This document shows, in pieces, positions 16,302 through 25,154 of a stretch of DNA of 45,869 nt. The notes below the pieces were generated by a model. That model saw only the letters and a list, made by a program, of their open reading frames with translations, ran no database searches and had not been told where the DNA came from. Source of the stretch: Anaerolineales bacterium (GTDB lineage Bacteria; Chloroflexota; Anaerolineae; Anaerolineales; DRKV01); contig JAGUYX010000088.1 in assembly GCA_020061145.1 (NCBI GenBank), positions 1 to 45,869 on the forward strand, in the 5' to 3' direction. The position numbers and the translations under genes are program-made. Positions within the stretch are counted from its first letter, which is position 1; every line of letters begins with the position of its first letter.

Positions 16302-17072
16302 CTACATTCCTTGGTATTTCGAATCATCCAACCCTTGGCGGATATTCTCTTCATCTTTCATCTCGCTGAACTGTGGCGCACCGTGCGCCTGCGCCCAGGC
16401 AGCCTCTTCGGCAATGCACAGGTCGTCTATTGAAGCCCTCCTCCCAATGAACCAATTTCCGCAGTTCGGGCAGCGGACCAATTTCCCCACCAGCAGGTTA
16501 GGTGAAAAGAGATTCAAGGCAAAAGGATGGACGCAGCGTGGGCAGATCGTTCCACCAATGACACCATAATTGTGTCCGCTAGGAGGCAGGAGTTCGCCTT
16601 TCTTGCGCCCCCTGCTCAGGGTACGGACGACTTTAGAAAATAGAACCCAAATCAAGACCAAAGTGAGGATAAGCACGGTTATCTTCAATCCCCTCTGCCG
16701 GCTCTCCTCCGCGGTCATATAGTTGAATGTCATTTCACGAGTGCGTAGTTCGCGCCCATCACTCGTATATCCAATTGCATGCATGGTGTGCTTGCCGGGA
16801 GTGTAATCATCGGTGACGAATTGAACCTTGAATGGCGGTTCGGTATCCTCGGCGATCATGGTGTTGTCAATATAGAACTGGACCTTCACCAGGTTGGACG
16901 GACCCGTTACCTTCATACTGAATGTGCCCTGGATGGCACCTGTGCCGTCGGATGAACCGAAATCGCGTGAAACGCTCAATTCCAGTTCTTCCTCCGCCTG
17001 GGCACGAGCAGGAGTTACAAACCCCAGGATTGCCAGCAAAACTAGAAAAACATATAAGCAGTTCCTTTTCAT
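16302..17072 (-). CDS. single-pass membrane protein: extracellular Ig-like domain plus a cytoplasmic zinc ribbon
   Basis: ATG at 17072 with a GGAGA RBS. Signal KRNCLYVFLVLLAILGFVTPARA, a beta-rich domain, a TM (LKITVLILTLVLIWVLF), then CPRC...CPNC. Confidence 0.65.
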   Translation of the reverse strand: MKRNCLYVFLVLLAILGFVTPARAQAEEELELSVSRDFGSSDGTGAIQGTFSMKVTGPSNLVKVQFYIDNTMIAEDTEPPFKVQFVTDDYTPGKHTMHAIGYTSDGRELRTREMTFNYMTAEESRQRGLKITVLILTLVLIWVLFSKVVRTLSRGRKKGELLPPSGHNYGVIGGTICPRCVHPFALNLFSPNLLVGKLVRCPNCGNWFIGRRASIDDLCIAEEAAWAQAHGAPQFSEMKDEENIRQGLDDSKYQGM

Positions 17073-17243
17073 GAGCTTATCTCCATCTGGTCTGGATCGA
17101 CTCGCGCTGGAAAAAAGGTACAACCAGGTAGATCAAAAAGGTATCCAGCGCAACGATTGTCGTTATTATCAGTAGGCAGAAATCTTTTCCCTTTTCGATA
17201 GCCAATCATGGCATACAGCACTTATGGACGACCATCTGAGAGT

Positions 17244-17780
17244 CTAGATTTTCAACAAAGCAATTATCGGCAACAGCAGTGCAGAAATGAAACCCACTAA
17301 CAAGATGACATGGATGCGTTTACTCTTTGGGTGATTTACCCAGTACGTGAGAATGACTGATAACAACAATGTCTGTGAAAACACCTCCGGCCAACCTACT
17401 ATATGATCCCATAAGGGGAATTTGAAAAAAATCATTCCCTCAATTCCTCCCCAACTGGCTGAAAATGGCGTAAGAATCCCTAAAACGACAAGCATACACC
17501 ACATGATCAGCCAGCCTTTTCGATTACTGAATAAGACATCTCGTAACAAGTAAAACACAATTGCCAATAATGCAGCCCTAAATGGCTGAAATAGAGGGCT
17601 GGCTATCAGTATCGGATCCGTAATATTTCGAATGATCGGGGCTACATCTGGCCGGATCATTCGAGTTGTATATCCAAGGAGAATAGCAGCGATTACGCCC
17701 ATAGCGAAATAAGTGACAGTATGAGTAATAATCGTCCGATACAGAATTGACAGGAAAGAAGGTTGTGGGTTATCCATCAT
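17244..17780 (-). CDS. polytopic membrane protein, unknown function
   Basis: 178 aa with about five hydrophobic helices. Confidence 0.6.
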   Translation of the reverse strand: MMDNPQPSFLSILYRTIITHTVTYFAMGVIAAILLGYTTRMIRPDVAPIIRNITDPILIASPLFQPFRAALLAIVFYLLRDVLFSNRKGWLIMWCMLVVLGILTPFSASWGGIEGMIFFKFPLWDHIVGWPEVFSQTLLLSVILTYWVNHPKSKRIHVILLVGFISALLLPIIALLKI

Positions 17781-17852
17781 TATTTTTTCCTTTTCGTCTC
17801 AATCAGACCGCGCCCAACCACCAATATCTTGATGTTCGTTTTCTATCGTTTC

Positions 17853-18539
17853 TTATTGAATAGCGGTATATGCCAACGCGGAAGGTGTACGGCAGCCGAC
17901 GATGGCAGGGGCTTCATGGATGAGCGCGTCGTTCTTGAGAGCCTCGACCATGAACAAGGCATAGTCCACGCGACGCGTGAGGTTGCTGGCGAGAATGGGA
18001 TCGCCTACATGCCGACTCCATACCGGCAAACCCTGGCTCTCTCCCTCCTCAAGATCGCTTCCGCGCACGACCGTCCAGCGGGTTGCGCTGGCAAAGATCC
18101 GACGGCACGCCTCCACTTGGTCGTCAAGGTCAATGAAGGGAATGATCCTCGTAAGCCAGCGGGTGATCTTCTCCTCTCTTTGCAGGGAAGATGGGTGCAC
18201 ATCTTTGCCATCGCGGGAGATATGCCATCCGCAAGAAAAAACGAGGCGCGCACCTGGAGGCGCAAAGTCGAGCACCGCCTGGGCTGTACCAGTCGAATAG
18301 TTCTGATTGCCCCATGGAACCAGCACAGTGAGAACTCCGTCACAATCGCAAACAGCTTTCTTGATGACCTCACGGTCGTTCGTCGCACCGGGCATGATCG
18401 TGATGCGCCCCTTGAACGCGTCGAGTTTGCTAACACTGCGCTCCCGACAGACACCAACCACTTCATAGCCCCGGTCCAGCGCGAGCTGCACCATATACTT
18501 GCCAAGTTTTCCAGATGCGCCCACAATGCAGATTTTCAT
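17853..18539 (-). CDS. NAD(P)-binding protein (NmrA / atypical SDR-like)
   Basis: The N-terminal Rossmann motif reads MKICIVGASGKLGKYMV. An AAAGGAGAA RBS is present. Confidence 0.8.
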   Translation of the reverse strand: MKICIVGASGKLGKYMVQLALDRGYEVVGVCRERSVSKLDAFKGRITIMPGATNDREVIKKAVCDCDGVLTVLVPWGNQNYSTGTAQAVLDFAPPGARLVFSCGWHISRDGKDVHPSSLQREEKITRWLTRIIPFIDLDDQVEACRRIFASATRWTVVRGSDLEEGESQGLPVWSRHVGDPILASNLTRRVDYALFMVEALKNDALIHEAPAIVGCRTPSALAYTAIQ

Positions 18540-18587
18540 CTTTTTCTCCTTTCTCGATTTGTCTTGTTTTGCGAACTCATTTGAGTT

Positions 18588-19247
18588 TTACGCTGTCTTG
18601 CTCGGATCACCGCGCAGCAACACAATTCCCAGCCAGAGGAACCACACAATATGGAGCAGTCCGAAGACGATACCCGCATCCGCAAGCGATGGCACAACTG
18701 AGACGAGACCCGCAGAAGCGATCACAAATCCAAGCCAGTTGAGCGGTTTGGGAAGCGCATTCGTTCGAGAAGCAGCCCAACTTACAAGCAAGAGCCACAA
18801 CCCGCCCAGGAGTTCTCCACCAGCTCCACCCAAGCCTTGGGCTACCGTTTCAAGCACTTGCCAGGCCCACACGGCTTGAGGCGGATCAATGGCATACAAC
18901 CCAACGATCGCTTCCATGCCATAGTTGAACACCATGCTGCTTGCCAAAAGAAGGCAAGCCCAGATGATGGCGATAGCAGTCGCGACCTGAGCTACTATCG
19001 TTGCGCCGACTTTCAAGCGGTGGTAGAGGGCCAACCCCAACACAACCAGACTAAGCGCAACAAACTCATAGACAATCACGTGCATCGCGAACATGCTCGT
19101 GTAGTTATCCCTGAGTAAAATGACCTTTTCGGTGGGGTCAACGACAGCGGGATAGTTAACTACGACAAGGAAATAGGGTATCGCCACAATGTAGGCCAAG
19201 GCCATGTAAAGTGCAGCGACACCGCCAGATATCTGCCAGGTTTTCAT
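18588..19247 (-). CDS. polytopic membrane protein, unknown function
   Basis: 219 aa and hydrophobic, with an AAGGAG RBS. Confidence 0.65.
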   Translation of the reverse strand: MKTWQISGGVAALYMALAYIVAIPYFLVVVNYPAVVDPTEKVILLRDNYTSMFAMHVIVYEFVALSLVVLGLALYHRLKVGATIVAQVATAIAIIWACLLLASSMVFNYGMEAIVGLYAIDPPQAVWAWQVLETVAQGLGGAGGELLGGLWLLLVSWAASRTNALPKPLNWLGFVIASAGLVSVVPSLADAGIVFGLLHIVWFLWLGIVLLRGDPSKTA

Positions 19248-19273
19248 GATTTGCTCCTTTTATTTCAAATAAG

Positions 19274-19684
19274 TCAGGCTTCGATGTTGCGCCAGGTCCA
19301 TGCCAACCCGATAATCAGCAGCAAGCAGAGGGTCTCGACCATGGCGATGAATGTGTAATGGGGGTATGACGCCGCCCCGCCCCAGATATAGGCAATGTTG
19401 ACGATGGCCACGACGATGTTGCCCCAGCGATTGATTCCGTGCTTCAACACGCGCGACAGGATGATCATGGCAATGCCGAGTTGCCCCATGATCGCCCCGA
19501 TCAACATCAATTGGGGAATGGATGCGCCAGTGCTGGCTGCGGTTCTCGCCACCTCTTCCGCCGAGCCGGGGATGTTCAGCGAAAAGATGTCCGCTTTCAG
19601 CATGTTGATCATGACTGCGATCCACAGGCTGGAAAGCAGGACTTTGGTGTCGATCTTTTTTGTGGGGGTTGCGCTTGTATTCAT
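19274..19684 (-). CDS. polytopic membrane protein (136 aa), unknown function
   Basis: I prefer the ATG at 19684 (AAAGGAGAA RBS 5 nt upstream) over the track start at 19720, which lies inside the conserved leader. Confidence 0.65.
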   Translation of the reverse strand: MNTSATPTKKIDTKVLLSSLWIAVMINMLKADIFSLNIPGSAEEVARTAASTGASIPQLMLIGAIMGQLGIAMIILSRVLKHGINRWGNIVVAIVNIAYIWGGAASYPHYTFIAMVETLCLLLIIGLAWTWRNIEA

Positions 19685-19689
19685 TTTTT

Positions 19690-19723
19690 CTCCTTTTTGA
19701 ATGATATTGATGAGTTTCATTGA
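19690..19723 (-). promoter_or_regulatory. conserved 34/35-nt leader element, copy 1
   Basis: The minus strand reads TCAATGAAACTCATCAATATCATTCAAAAAGGAG. 31 of 35 positions match 25155-25189. Confidence 0.5.
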
Positions 19724-19818
19724 TTAAAAATGGTGTTGCCACCCGGTTCCCCGGGGCTGAAACAGGCTGGAAATATCATCAAAGGCAGACCTCCTTTCCA
19801 ATTAGCGATTACCGTTTA

Positions 19819-20088
19819 CTATGTTTCGCTTGACTGATCTGCCTGGTCGGGTTTAACGGGACAGACCGAGACCAGCGTCAGACCAAGGTCCCGTACTTTT
19901 TTAAGCAAACCATGCAGCGCGGCTTGATCGACCACCGGGCCGGTCAGAACATTCATGCCATCTTCTTCCAATGTAATGACCATCCCGTCAAACCAGTCCG
20001 TCCATTGGTTGTCCAGGTGGTTTTTGACCCGGATCTGATAGATCAGGGGCTGCAATGGTTCAGGTTTGGGAGTGGGTTTGTTTGACAA
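19819..20088 (-). CDS. small conserved protein (89 aa) of unknown function, paralog 1
   Basis: TTG start with GAGGT upstream. About 60 percent identical to the product of 23950-24249. The shared core reads HQWTDWF ... TGPVVDQAALHGLLKKVRDLG. Confidence 0.7.
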   Translation of the reverse strand: MSNKPTPKPEPLQPLIYQIRVKNHLDNQWTDWFDGMVITLEEDGMNVLTGPVVDQAALHGLLKKVRDLGLTLVSVCPVKPDQADQSSET

Positions 20089-20236
20089 TGATTTTTACCT
20101 CGACGGAAAGTGAGATTGGCCTGTGCATCTTGCTTTGTACACAGACAATATACATGCGCCACAGTGTCACCGGTAGACACTTTGGTGTGGGGCGGAGTGT
20201 TGTTTTGGATTGTCGAAAAGTGTGTAGGGGGAAGGC

Positions 20237-22888
20237 TTAGATCAAGCCCAGCTCATGGGCGCGAGCGATGGCTTCAGTGCGCCGCTGAACTTGTAGTTTT
20301 TCGAAGATCCGACGGTTGTGGCCTTTGACGGTGTCCAAGGCCAGGAATAACCTTGCGCAGATTTCCTGGTTGGAAAGACCCTCGGCGATCAGTCCCAGCA
20401 CTTCCAGCTCGCGTGGGGTGAGGGGTTCCACCAACCCTGTATGATTGGGAACGGAGGCTGTCAGTCTTTCTTCCTTCGTCTCCGCCTTGAAGGCAGCCAA
20501 CAACTTGTTGACATAATCCGGCTGGATACCCTGCGCTGCTGCTGCGGACAGGAGTTCCGCCATCGCAGGCCCTTCGTCCAGGAAGAGACGGATGAAACCT
20601 TCCGGTTCGGCACGCGTCAACACCTCATCCAATAGGTGCATAGCCTTATCATGTTCACCAAGTGCATAAAGCGCGATAGATTGCACAGCCATTACCCTGA
20701 ACAACCTATCCAACAAGCCTTCTGTTTCCGCTTGCTGGTGCAATAGTTCCAGGATCGCCAGCGCTGAAGAGGGGTCTTTTTGGGCGAGGAGCACGCGTGC
20801 CTGCATGAGTGGAAGGTTATTATGACGTACCAGTTGAGCGGCTGCATCTGTGTTGCCCTGCTGAAGGTGGAAATACACCCTGGTGAAGGCGATATGCGGC
20901 AGGCGTAAAGCGTAGTGCTTTTCACGCATGGTGTGTTCAGCCTGCGATAAATATTGTGCTGCGCCGGCCACATCTCCCCGGGCTAATTTAAGGTGAACCA
21001 TGAACAATTCGCTCGATATTAATCTATCAATGACTTGATCATACTGCCGCGCCAGTTGAACGCTTTGTTCCCCATACTGCTCCGCGAGGTTCAAATCGTT
21101 CCACTCATAGAATATCCGCGCCAGACCAATAAACACCAAAGGGGCATTATAAGGGGAATAAACATCAACCATATTCATAACTTGCTGGTAGGTCTCGGCT
21201 GCCAGGCGAAGCTGGCTTTGTTCTTCCTGGAGCTGGCTCAAACGGATCGAAGCCAATGTGGCGTCGATATCGTCGCCGGCTGCCTGGGCGAGAGCCAGGG
21301 CTTCGGCATATGCCCGACCGGCCTCAGCTAGGTTATTCTGGGAATAATAGGCAAACCCCATCGCCCGGGTGGCCATGGACCGGTCAGCCAGGTTATCAGG
21401 GTGCAGATACTCCAGGGCGCGGCGTGCTTGAACAAAGATGAGTTCTGTCTGATAATTCAGTTGCGCCAGGTTTGCCCGGGCGGCAGCAATCCTTCCGATC
21501 AGGTCACGAGTCTTTTCGTCCTGTCCGGCGCCCGGCGAAGATGTGGAAGCCAACGCTGCTTCGATCGCCTGGAGTATCTCTTCCACGCCAGTGAACTGAC
21601 CGATAACCAGCAGCATCGCAGCCTGCCCCCACCACAACATGGGCCTGGAATCCAGCACGGTCTTTGGCAGCGACTCCAGCCAGTGAAGGATCGTCGTGGC
21701 TGCGCCGCGCAGGTGGATGGGCATCTTCTTGCTTTCCATCAGGCGCTCGGCGCGCTCGATATCATTGGCTGCAGCCGCATGGCGGAAAGCCTCCAGCAGG
21801 AGGTCGTTGTGTTCATACCATTCGCTGGCATGGATGTGCAGTCCGGCGATCCCTTCAAGGGAGATGCTTTGTCCCAGCCGCTTGCGCAGAAGATCGCCAA
21901 AAAGGTGGTGATAGCGGTACCAGCCTCGCTCATTATCCTGCGGGACGGTGAACAGGTTGGCGCGTTCGAGATATTCCAGGGTCCCCTGCCCGGGGACAGT
22001 TGGGTCGAGCAGAACAGCGTCGCAAAGCGAGCCGCACATACGCTCGAGCACAGAAGTACGCAGCAAAAAACTCTGGATCCCGTCAGGCTGCTGGTGCAGG
22101 ACCTCTTCTAGCAAATAATCCACCACGAAGCGATGGCTGCCGGTGAAAGATTGGATGAAACCAGCGGTGTCTTTATGTCCCTGCATGGAGATCGCGGCTA
22201 ATTGCAGACCAGCGATCCAGCCTTCGGTGCGGGTCTCTAATGCAGTAACATTCTCTGCCGAGAGGTTCAGCCCCATCATCTGGTTGAGGAATTCGACGGC
22301 TTCGGCAGGGGTGAAGCGCAGATCGGCGGCGCGCAGTTCGGTCAGTTGGCCGCGGGCGCGCAGGCGCGCCAGCGGCAGGGACGGGTCTTCGCGCGTGGCA
22401 ATGAGCAGGTGCATCTGCGGCGGCTGGTGTTCGATGAGAAAAGCCAGGGATTGATCGACCGGTTGAGAATCGATTAGGTGATAATCATCGAGTACGAGCA
22501 GAAAGTGCTCAGGGATCCCCGAAATCTCGTTGAGAAGGGTGATCAAAAAGGTTTCGATTTGCAGTGGTTGGGGGGATTGAAGCGCGGCCAGCAATCCGTC
22601 ACCAATTCCAGCTTTGATCGTCTGTAACGCCTTCACAAGATAAGAGATAAAACGCGCCGGATCGTTATCCCCTGCATCCAGCGACAACCATGCCACCCAC
22701 CTACCGCAACCAGCGATCCATTCGCTGACCAGTGTGGTTTTGCCAAACCCGGCAGATGCTGAGATGAGGGTCAGCTTGCAACCCGAAGAGAGACCCTCGT
22801 TCAGCCGCTCGATCAGGCGGGGGCGTAGGACTATTTTAGCCCGGGGTGGAGGGATATACAGCTTCGTGGCTAAAATTGGCGTAGACAT
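20237..22888 (-). CDS. LAL-family regulator (MalT-like STAND NTPase + TPR region + C-terminal LuxR HTH), 883 aa
   Basis: Walker A SAGFGKTT and Walker B LLVLDDYH are present, followed by a long helical repeat region. The C-terminus reads LTPRELEVLGLIAEGLSNQEICARLFLALDTVKGHNRRIFEKLQV. Confidence 0.9.
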   Translation of the reverse strand: MSTPILATKLYIPPPRAKIVLRPRLIERLNEGLSSGCKLTLISASAGFGKTTLVSEWIAGCGRWVAWLSLDAGDNDPARFISYLVKALQTIKAGIGDGLLAALQSPQPLQIETFLITLLNEISGIPEHFLLVLDDYHLIDSQPVDQSLAFLIEHQPPQMHLLIATREDPSLPLARLRARGQLTELRAADLRFTPAEAVEFLNQMMGLNLSAENVTALETRTEGWIAGLQLAAISMQGHKDTAGFIQSFTGSHRFVVDYLLEEVLHQQPDGIQSFLLRTSVLERMCGSLCDAVLLDPTVPGQGTLEYLERANLFTVPQDNERGWYRYHHLFGDLLRKRLGQSISLEGIAGLHIHASEWYEHNDLLLEAFRHAAAANDIERAERLMESKKMPIHLRGAATTILHWLESLPKTVLDSRPMLWWGQAAMLLVIGQFTGVEEILQAIEAALASTSSPGAGQDEKTRDLIGRIAAARANLAQLNYQTELIFVQARRALEYLHPDNLADRSMATRAMGFAYYSQNNLAEAGRAYAEALALAQAAGDDIDATLASIRLSQLQEEQSQLRLAAETYQQVMNMVDVYSPYNAPLVFIGLARIFYEWNDLNLAEQYGEQSVQLARQYDQVIDRLISSELFMVHLKLARGDVAGAAQYLSQAEHTMREKHYALRLPHIAFTRVYFHLQQGNTDAAAQLVRHNNLPLMQARVLLAQKDPSSALAILELLHQQAETEGLLDRLFRVMAVQSIALYALGEHDKAMHLLDEVLTRAEPEGFIRLFLDEGPAMAELLSAAAAQGIQPDYVNKLLAAFKAETKEERLTASVPNHTGLVEPLTPRELEVLGLIAEGLSNQEICARLFLALDTVKGHNRRIFEKLQVQRRTEAIARAHELGLI

Positions 22889-22894
22889 AGATCA

Positions 22895-22900
22895 ATTATA
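22895..22900 (-). promoter_or_regulatory. TATAAT -10 box 6 nt upstream of the ATG (leaderless-type) for the LAL regulator
   Basis: The minus strand reads TATAATTGATCTATG. No SD sequence is present. Confidence 0.45.
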
Positions 22901-22924
22901 ATGCCGCAACCTCCGTCTTCCGAT

Positions 22925-23914
22925 TTATGATGATGACACCGTGATAACGACATTGCCTTTTTTATGCCCTTGCTCGACATAGCGGTGCGCCTCGACGATA
23001 TGCTTCAACGGATAAACCCGGTCTATGACCGGTTTTATCTTTCCCGCCTCGATCAGTTCTTTGAGGAAAAGTAAATCTTCAGTCTTTTGGTTTGCCGCCC
23101 CAATGATTACTTTCTTGCTGCTTCTCATAGAAGTCCATCGCCCTCGAACCATCTGGGTCAGTCCGGCGTTCCCTAATAGATAGCGTCCATTTTGTTTAAG
23201 CGATCTGACACTGCCTGAAAACGAACTCTTGCCCATCACATCAAAAATAACATCATAGGTCTCAGCGCTTTTGGTGAAATCTTCTTGAGTGTAATCAATG
23301 ACATGGTCTGCGCCAATCGATCGCAGCATGTCCAATTTGCCTGTGCTGTCCACACCGGTCACTTCTGCCCCAAAGTACCTGGCAAGCTGTACCGCAAAAG
23401 TACCGATACTTCCGCCGGCGCCGATAATCAAAACCTTTTGTCCGCTCTGGATATTTCCTTTGCGAAGAAAATGCAATGCCTCAAGACCCCCAGTAGGGAC
23501 GGCGGCAGCTTCCTCGTAGGTCATATTGGTCGGTTTCTTTGCCAACACCCCCATTTTGGGTTTTTCAGGCAGACATTTGTACTCGGCGTAAGCGCCAAAA
23601 CCAAAACCGGTCGTGGCAAAAACCTGGTCACCTTTCTTGAACAGCTTGACATCTTTGCCAACTGATTCAATTTCCCCGGCTAACTCCTGCCCTAGTATGG
23701 TAACTCTTTGGGGTTTTTTGATCCCTGCATAGATCCGCATGGGGAGCGACAACCAGACAGGGAATTTGAGATTTCGCATCTCGCAGTCCCCTGCGGTTAC
23801 GGTTGTCGCATAGATTCTTATCAGTACTTCAGTCTCTTTTGGGGCAGGTTTTGCCGCATCTCTAAGCTGAAGGACCTCCGGTGGTCCGTATTTTGTCCAA
23901 ACAATTGCTTTCAT
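22925..23914 (-). CDS. MDR-family NAD(P)-dependent oxidoreductase (quinone oxidoreductase / zeta-crystallin-like)
   Basis: It has a GroES-like N-terminus and the Rossmann motif [19 protein letters not shown] see no catalytic-zinc Cys/His pattern. Confidence 0.85.
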   Translation of the reverse strand: MKAIVWTKYGPPEVLQLRDAAKPAPKETEVLIRIYATTVTAGDCEMRNLKFPVWLSLPMRIYAGIKKPQRVTILGQELAGEIESVGKDVKLFKKGDQVFATTGFGFGAYAEYKCLPEKPKMGVLAKKPTNMTYEEAAAVPTGGLEALHFLRKGNIQSGQKVLIIGAGGSIGTFAVQLARYFGAEVTGVDSTGKLDMLRSIGADHVIDYTQEDFTKSAETYDVIFDVMGKSSFSGSVRSLKQNGRYLLGNAGLTQMVRGRWTSMRSSKKVIIGAANQKTEDLLFLKELIEAGKIKPVIDRVYPLKHIVEAHRYVEQGHKKGNVVITVSSS

Positions 23915-23949
23915 AAATTATCCTTCATTAGAACGTAGATTGCCTCAAT

Positions 23950-24249
23950 TTATAGCTTGGCATCTTGCATATCTGCCTGGCCTTTCCCTGGCGTAGTCGA
24001 GGGATCGGGTTCAACACCATTGACCGAGATCAATGGCATTCCTAAATCCCGCACTTTCTTTAGCAATCCATGCAACGCGGCCTGATCGACTACTGGGCCG
24101 GTTATAAGAGTATCGCCGTTGTCTTCCAGAGTGAAAGTCGCTTCTCCAAACCAGTCTGTCCATTGATGACCCAGATGGCCCTTGATCCTGATTGCATAGA
24201 TCACTGGTTGGAGATCCGGATTACTTATTGGGATGAGTTTGTTTGACAT
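23950..24249 (-). CDS. small conserved protein (99 aa) of unknown function, paralog 2
   Basis: ATG at 24249 with an AGAGGT RBS. It is homologous to 19819-20088. Confidence 0.7.
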   Translation of the reverse strand: MSNKLIPISNPDLQPVIYAIRIKGHLGHQWTDWFGEATFTLEDNGDTLITGPVVDQAALHGLLKKVRDLGMPLISVNGVEPDPSTTPGKGQADMQDAKL

Positions 24250-24331
24250 AACGTATACCTCTTTGTGGCCAGCCGTCACTGTCCGTGCCACTTGCTCCAT
24301 GTAAAAGAGTTAGTTTATCTATAAGAATGAA

Positions 24332-24355
24332 ACAAGCGGCCGTATGGCCGCTTGT
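24332..24355 (-). terminator. rho-independent terminator after the 258-aa membrane protein gene
   Basis: A 10-bp GC-rich stem, acaagcggcc / ggccgcttgt, with a 4-nt loop. On the minus strand it is followed by TTCATTCTTAT. Confidence 0.6.
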
Positions 24356-24370
24356 CCACTCCAGCGAACC

Positions 24371-25147
24371 TTAATCGGCTCCAGCTTGGCTGAGCTGGGG
24401 GCTTACCGTGACAGGTAAGGGTTCAGTGACTTTCACTCGCCGTTCTGACAGGAGCGAATATCCCAGCCAGATCAGAGCTAACCCCATCGGCACCGCCATA
24501 ATCCGATCGAGCGGGTGTGGGATCACAGCTCCTGCGAGGACCAACACGGCTGAAAAAGAAAGCAGGACGGCTGCCCAACGCGGCAGGACCCGGGCGCGGA
24601 TCGTTGCGATGCCAAACAGCAGACCGCCGAGAATATACCCCACAAACCCTGCTAGCGAATATAGCACTGCAAGGGCCCCGAGGTTCATCCCGCCGGCGGC
24701 CCCACTGGCCAACCCCAAGATGCTCTCCACAAACTTCGGCGACTCGGTCGCCAACAGCGGCAAGATAAAGGCTTCGGCGAAGGCAAAGGGCAATGTGAGC
24801 GCAAAGAAGAGGCTAAACAGGAGATAGCCAGCCAGACCCAGCCAACCAGCCTTTTCCGCTTGCCTGGCGTAGAGCCCCGTAATGCCGAGCAACCCGAGGA
24901 GGCACATAGCCGTCTTCAATGCGGTGACGATTGCCCATGTGCCGGTGGTGACTGACGAAAGAACGTCGGGTGGATGGATCGGCTGGATGGCTAAAAAAAT
25001 GATCCCTGCCGCCATAGCTGGTAAACCTGCCCAACGGATGAGTTTCGAGGTTGTTATCTTCATTTTGCTCTCCTTGACCGCGGTCTGGCGGTTGGTGTTC
25101 GCAAGATTGTCTGCTTTACTGATTGTGGTCTTACTATTGACGTTCAT
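24371..25147 (-). CDS. polytopic membrane protein (258 aa), unknown function
   Basis: Hydrophobic throughout. The ATG is preceded by AAAAAAGGAGA. Confidence 0.7.
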   Translation of the reverse strand: MNVNSKTTISKADNLANTNRQTAVKESKMKITTSKLIRWAGLPAMAAGIIFLAIQPIHPPDVLSSVTTGTWAIVTALKTAMCLLGLLGITGLYARQAEKAGWLGLAGYLLFSLFFALTLPFAFAEAFILPLLATESPKFVESILGLASGAAGGMNLGALAVLYSLAGFVGYILGGLLFGIATIRARVLPRWAAVLLSFSAVLVLAGAVIPHPLDRIMAVPMGLALIWLGYSLLSERRVKVTEPLPVTVSPQLSQAGAD

Positions 25148-25154
25148 TGTCTAT

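Noticed and set aside
17069-17209. A 46-codon minus-strand ORF (MIGYRKGKRFLPTDNNDNRCAGYLFDLPGCTFF...) ending in an ATGA overlap with the next gene
   Set aside because: It has no Shine-Dalgarno sequence and no recognisable feature. It could arise by chance in a 170-nt intergenic region.
17763-18584. A 273-aa plus-strand ORF
   Set aside because: It lies entirely antisense to the NAD(P)-binding gene, which has a clear Rossmann motif and RBS. Its product is Arg/Pro/His-rich with no motif and it has no RBS. It is a typical shadow ORF.
19685-19720. A leader peptide (MKLINIIQKGEK / MKLIRIVQKRR) encoded in the conserved 35-nt element
   Set aside because: Its frame relationship to the main ORF differs between the two copies (in-frame fusion versus separate uORF), and the substitutions are non-synonymous. 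Conservation looks nucleotide-level. I kept it only as an alternative in the finding.
21401-22111. A 236-aa plus-strand ORF, together with several other 60-155 aa plus-strand ORFs across 20237-28231
   Set aside because: They are antisense or alternate-frame shadows inside the two LAL regulator genes. The regulators' frames are supported by Walker and LuxR motifs and by paralogy.
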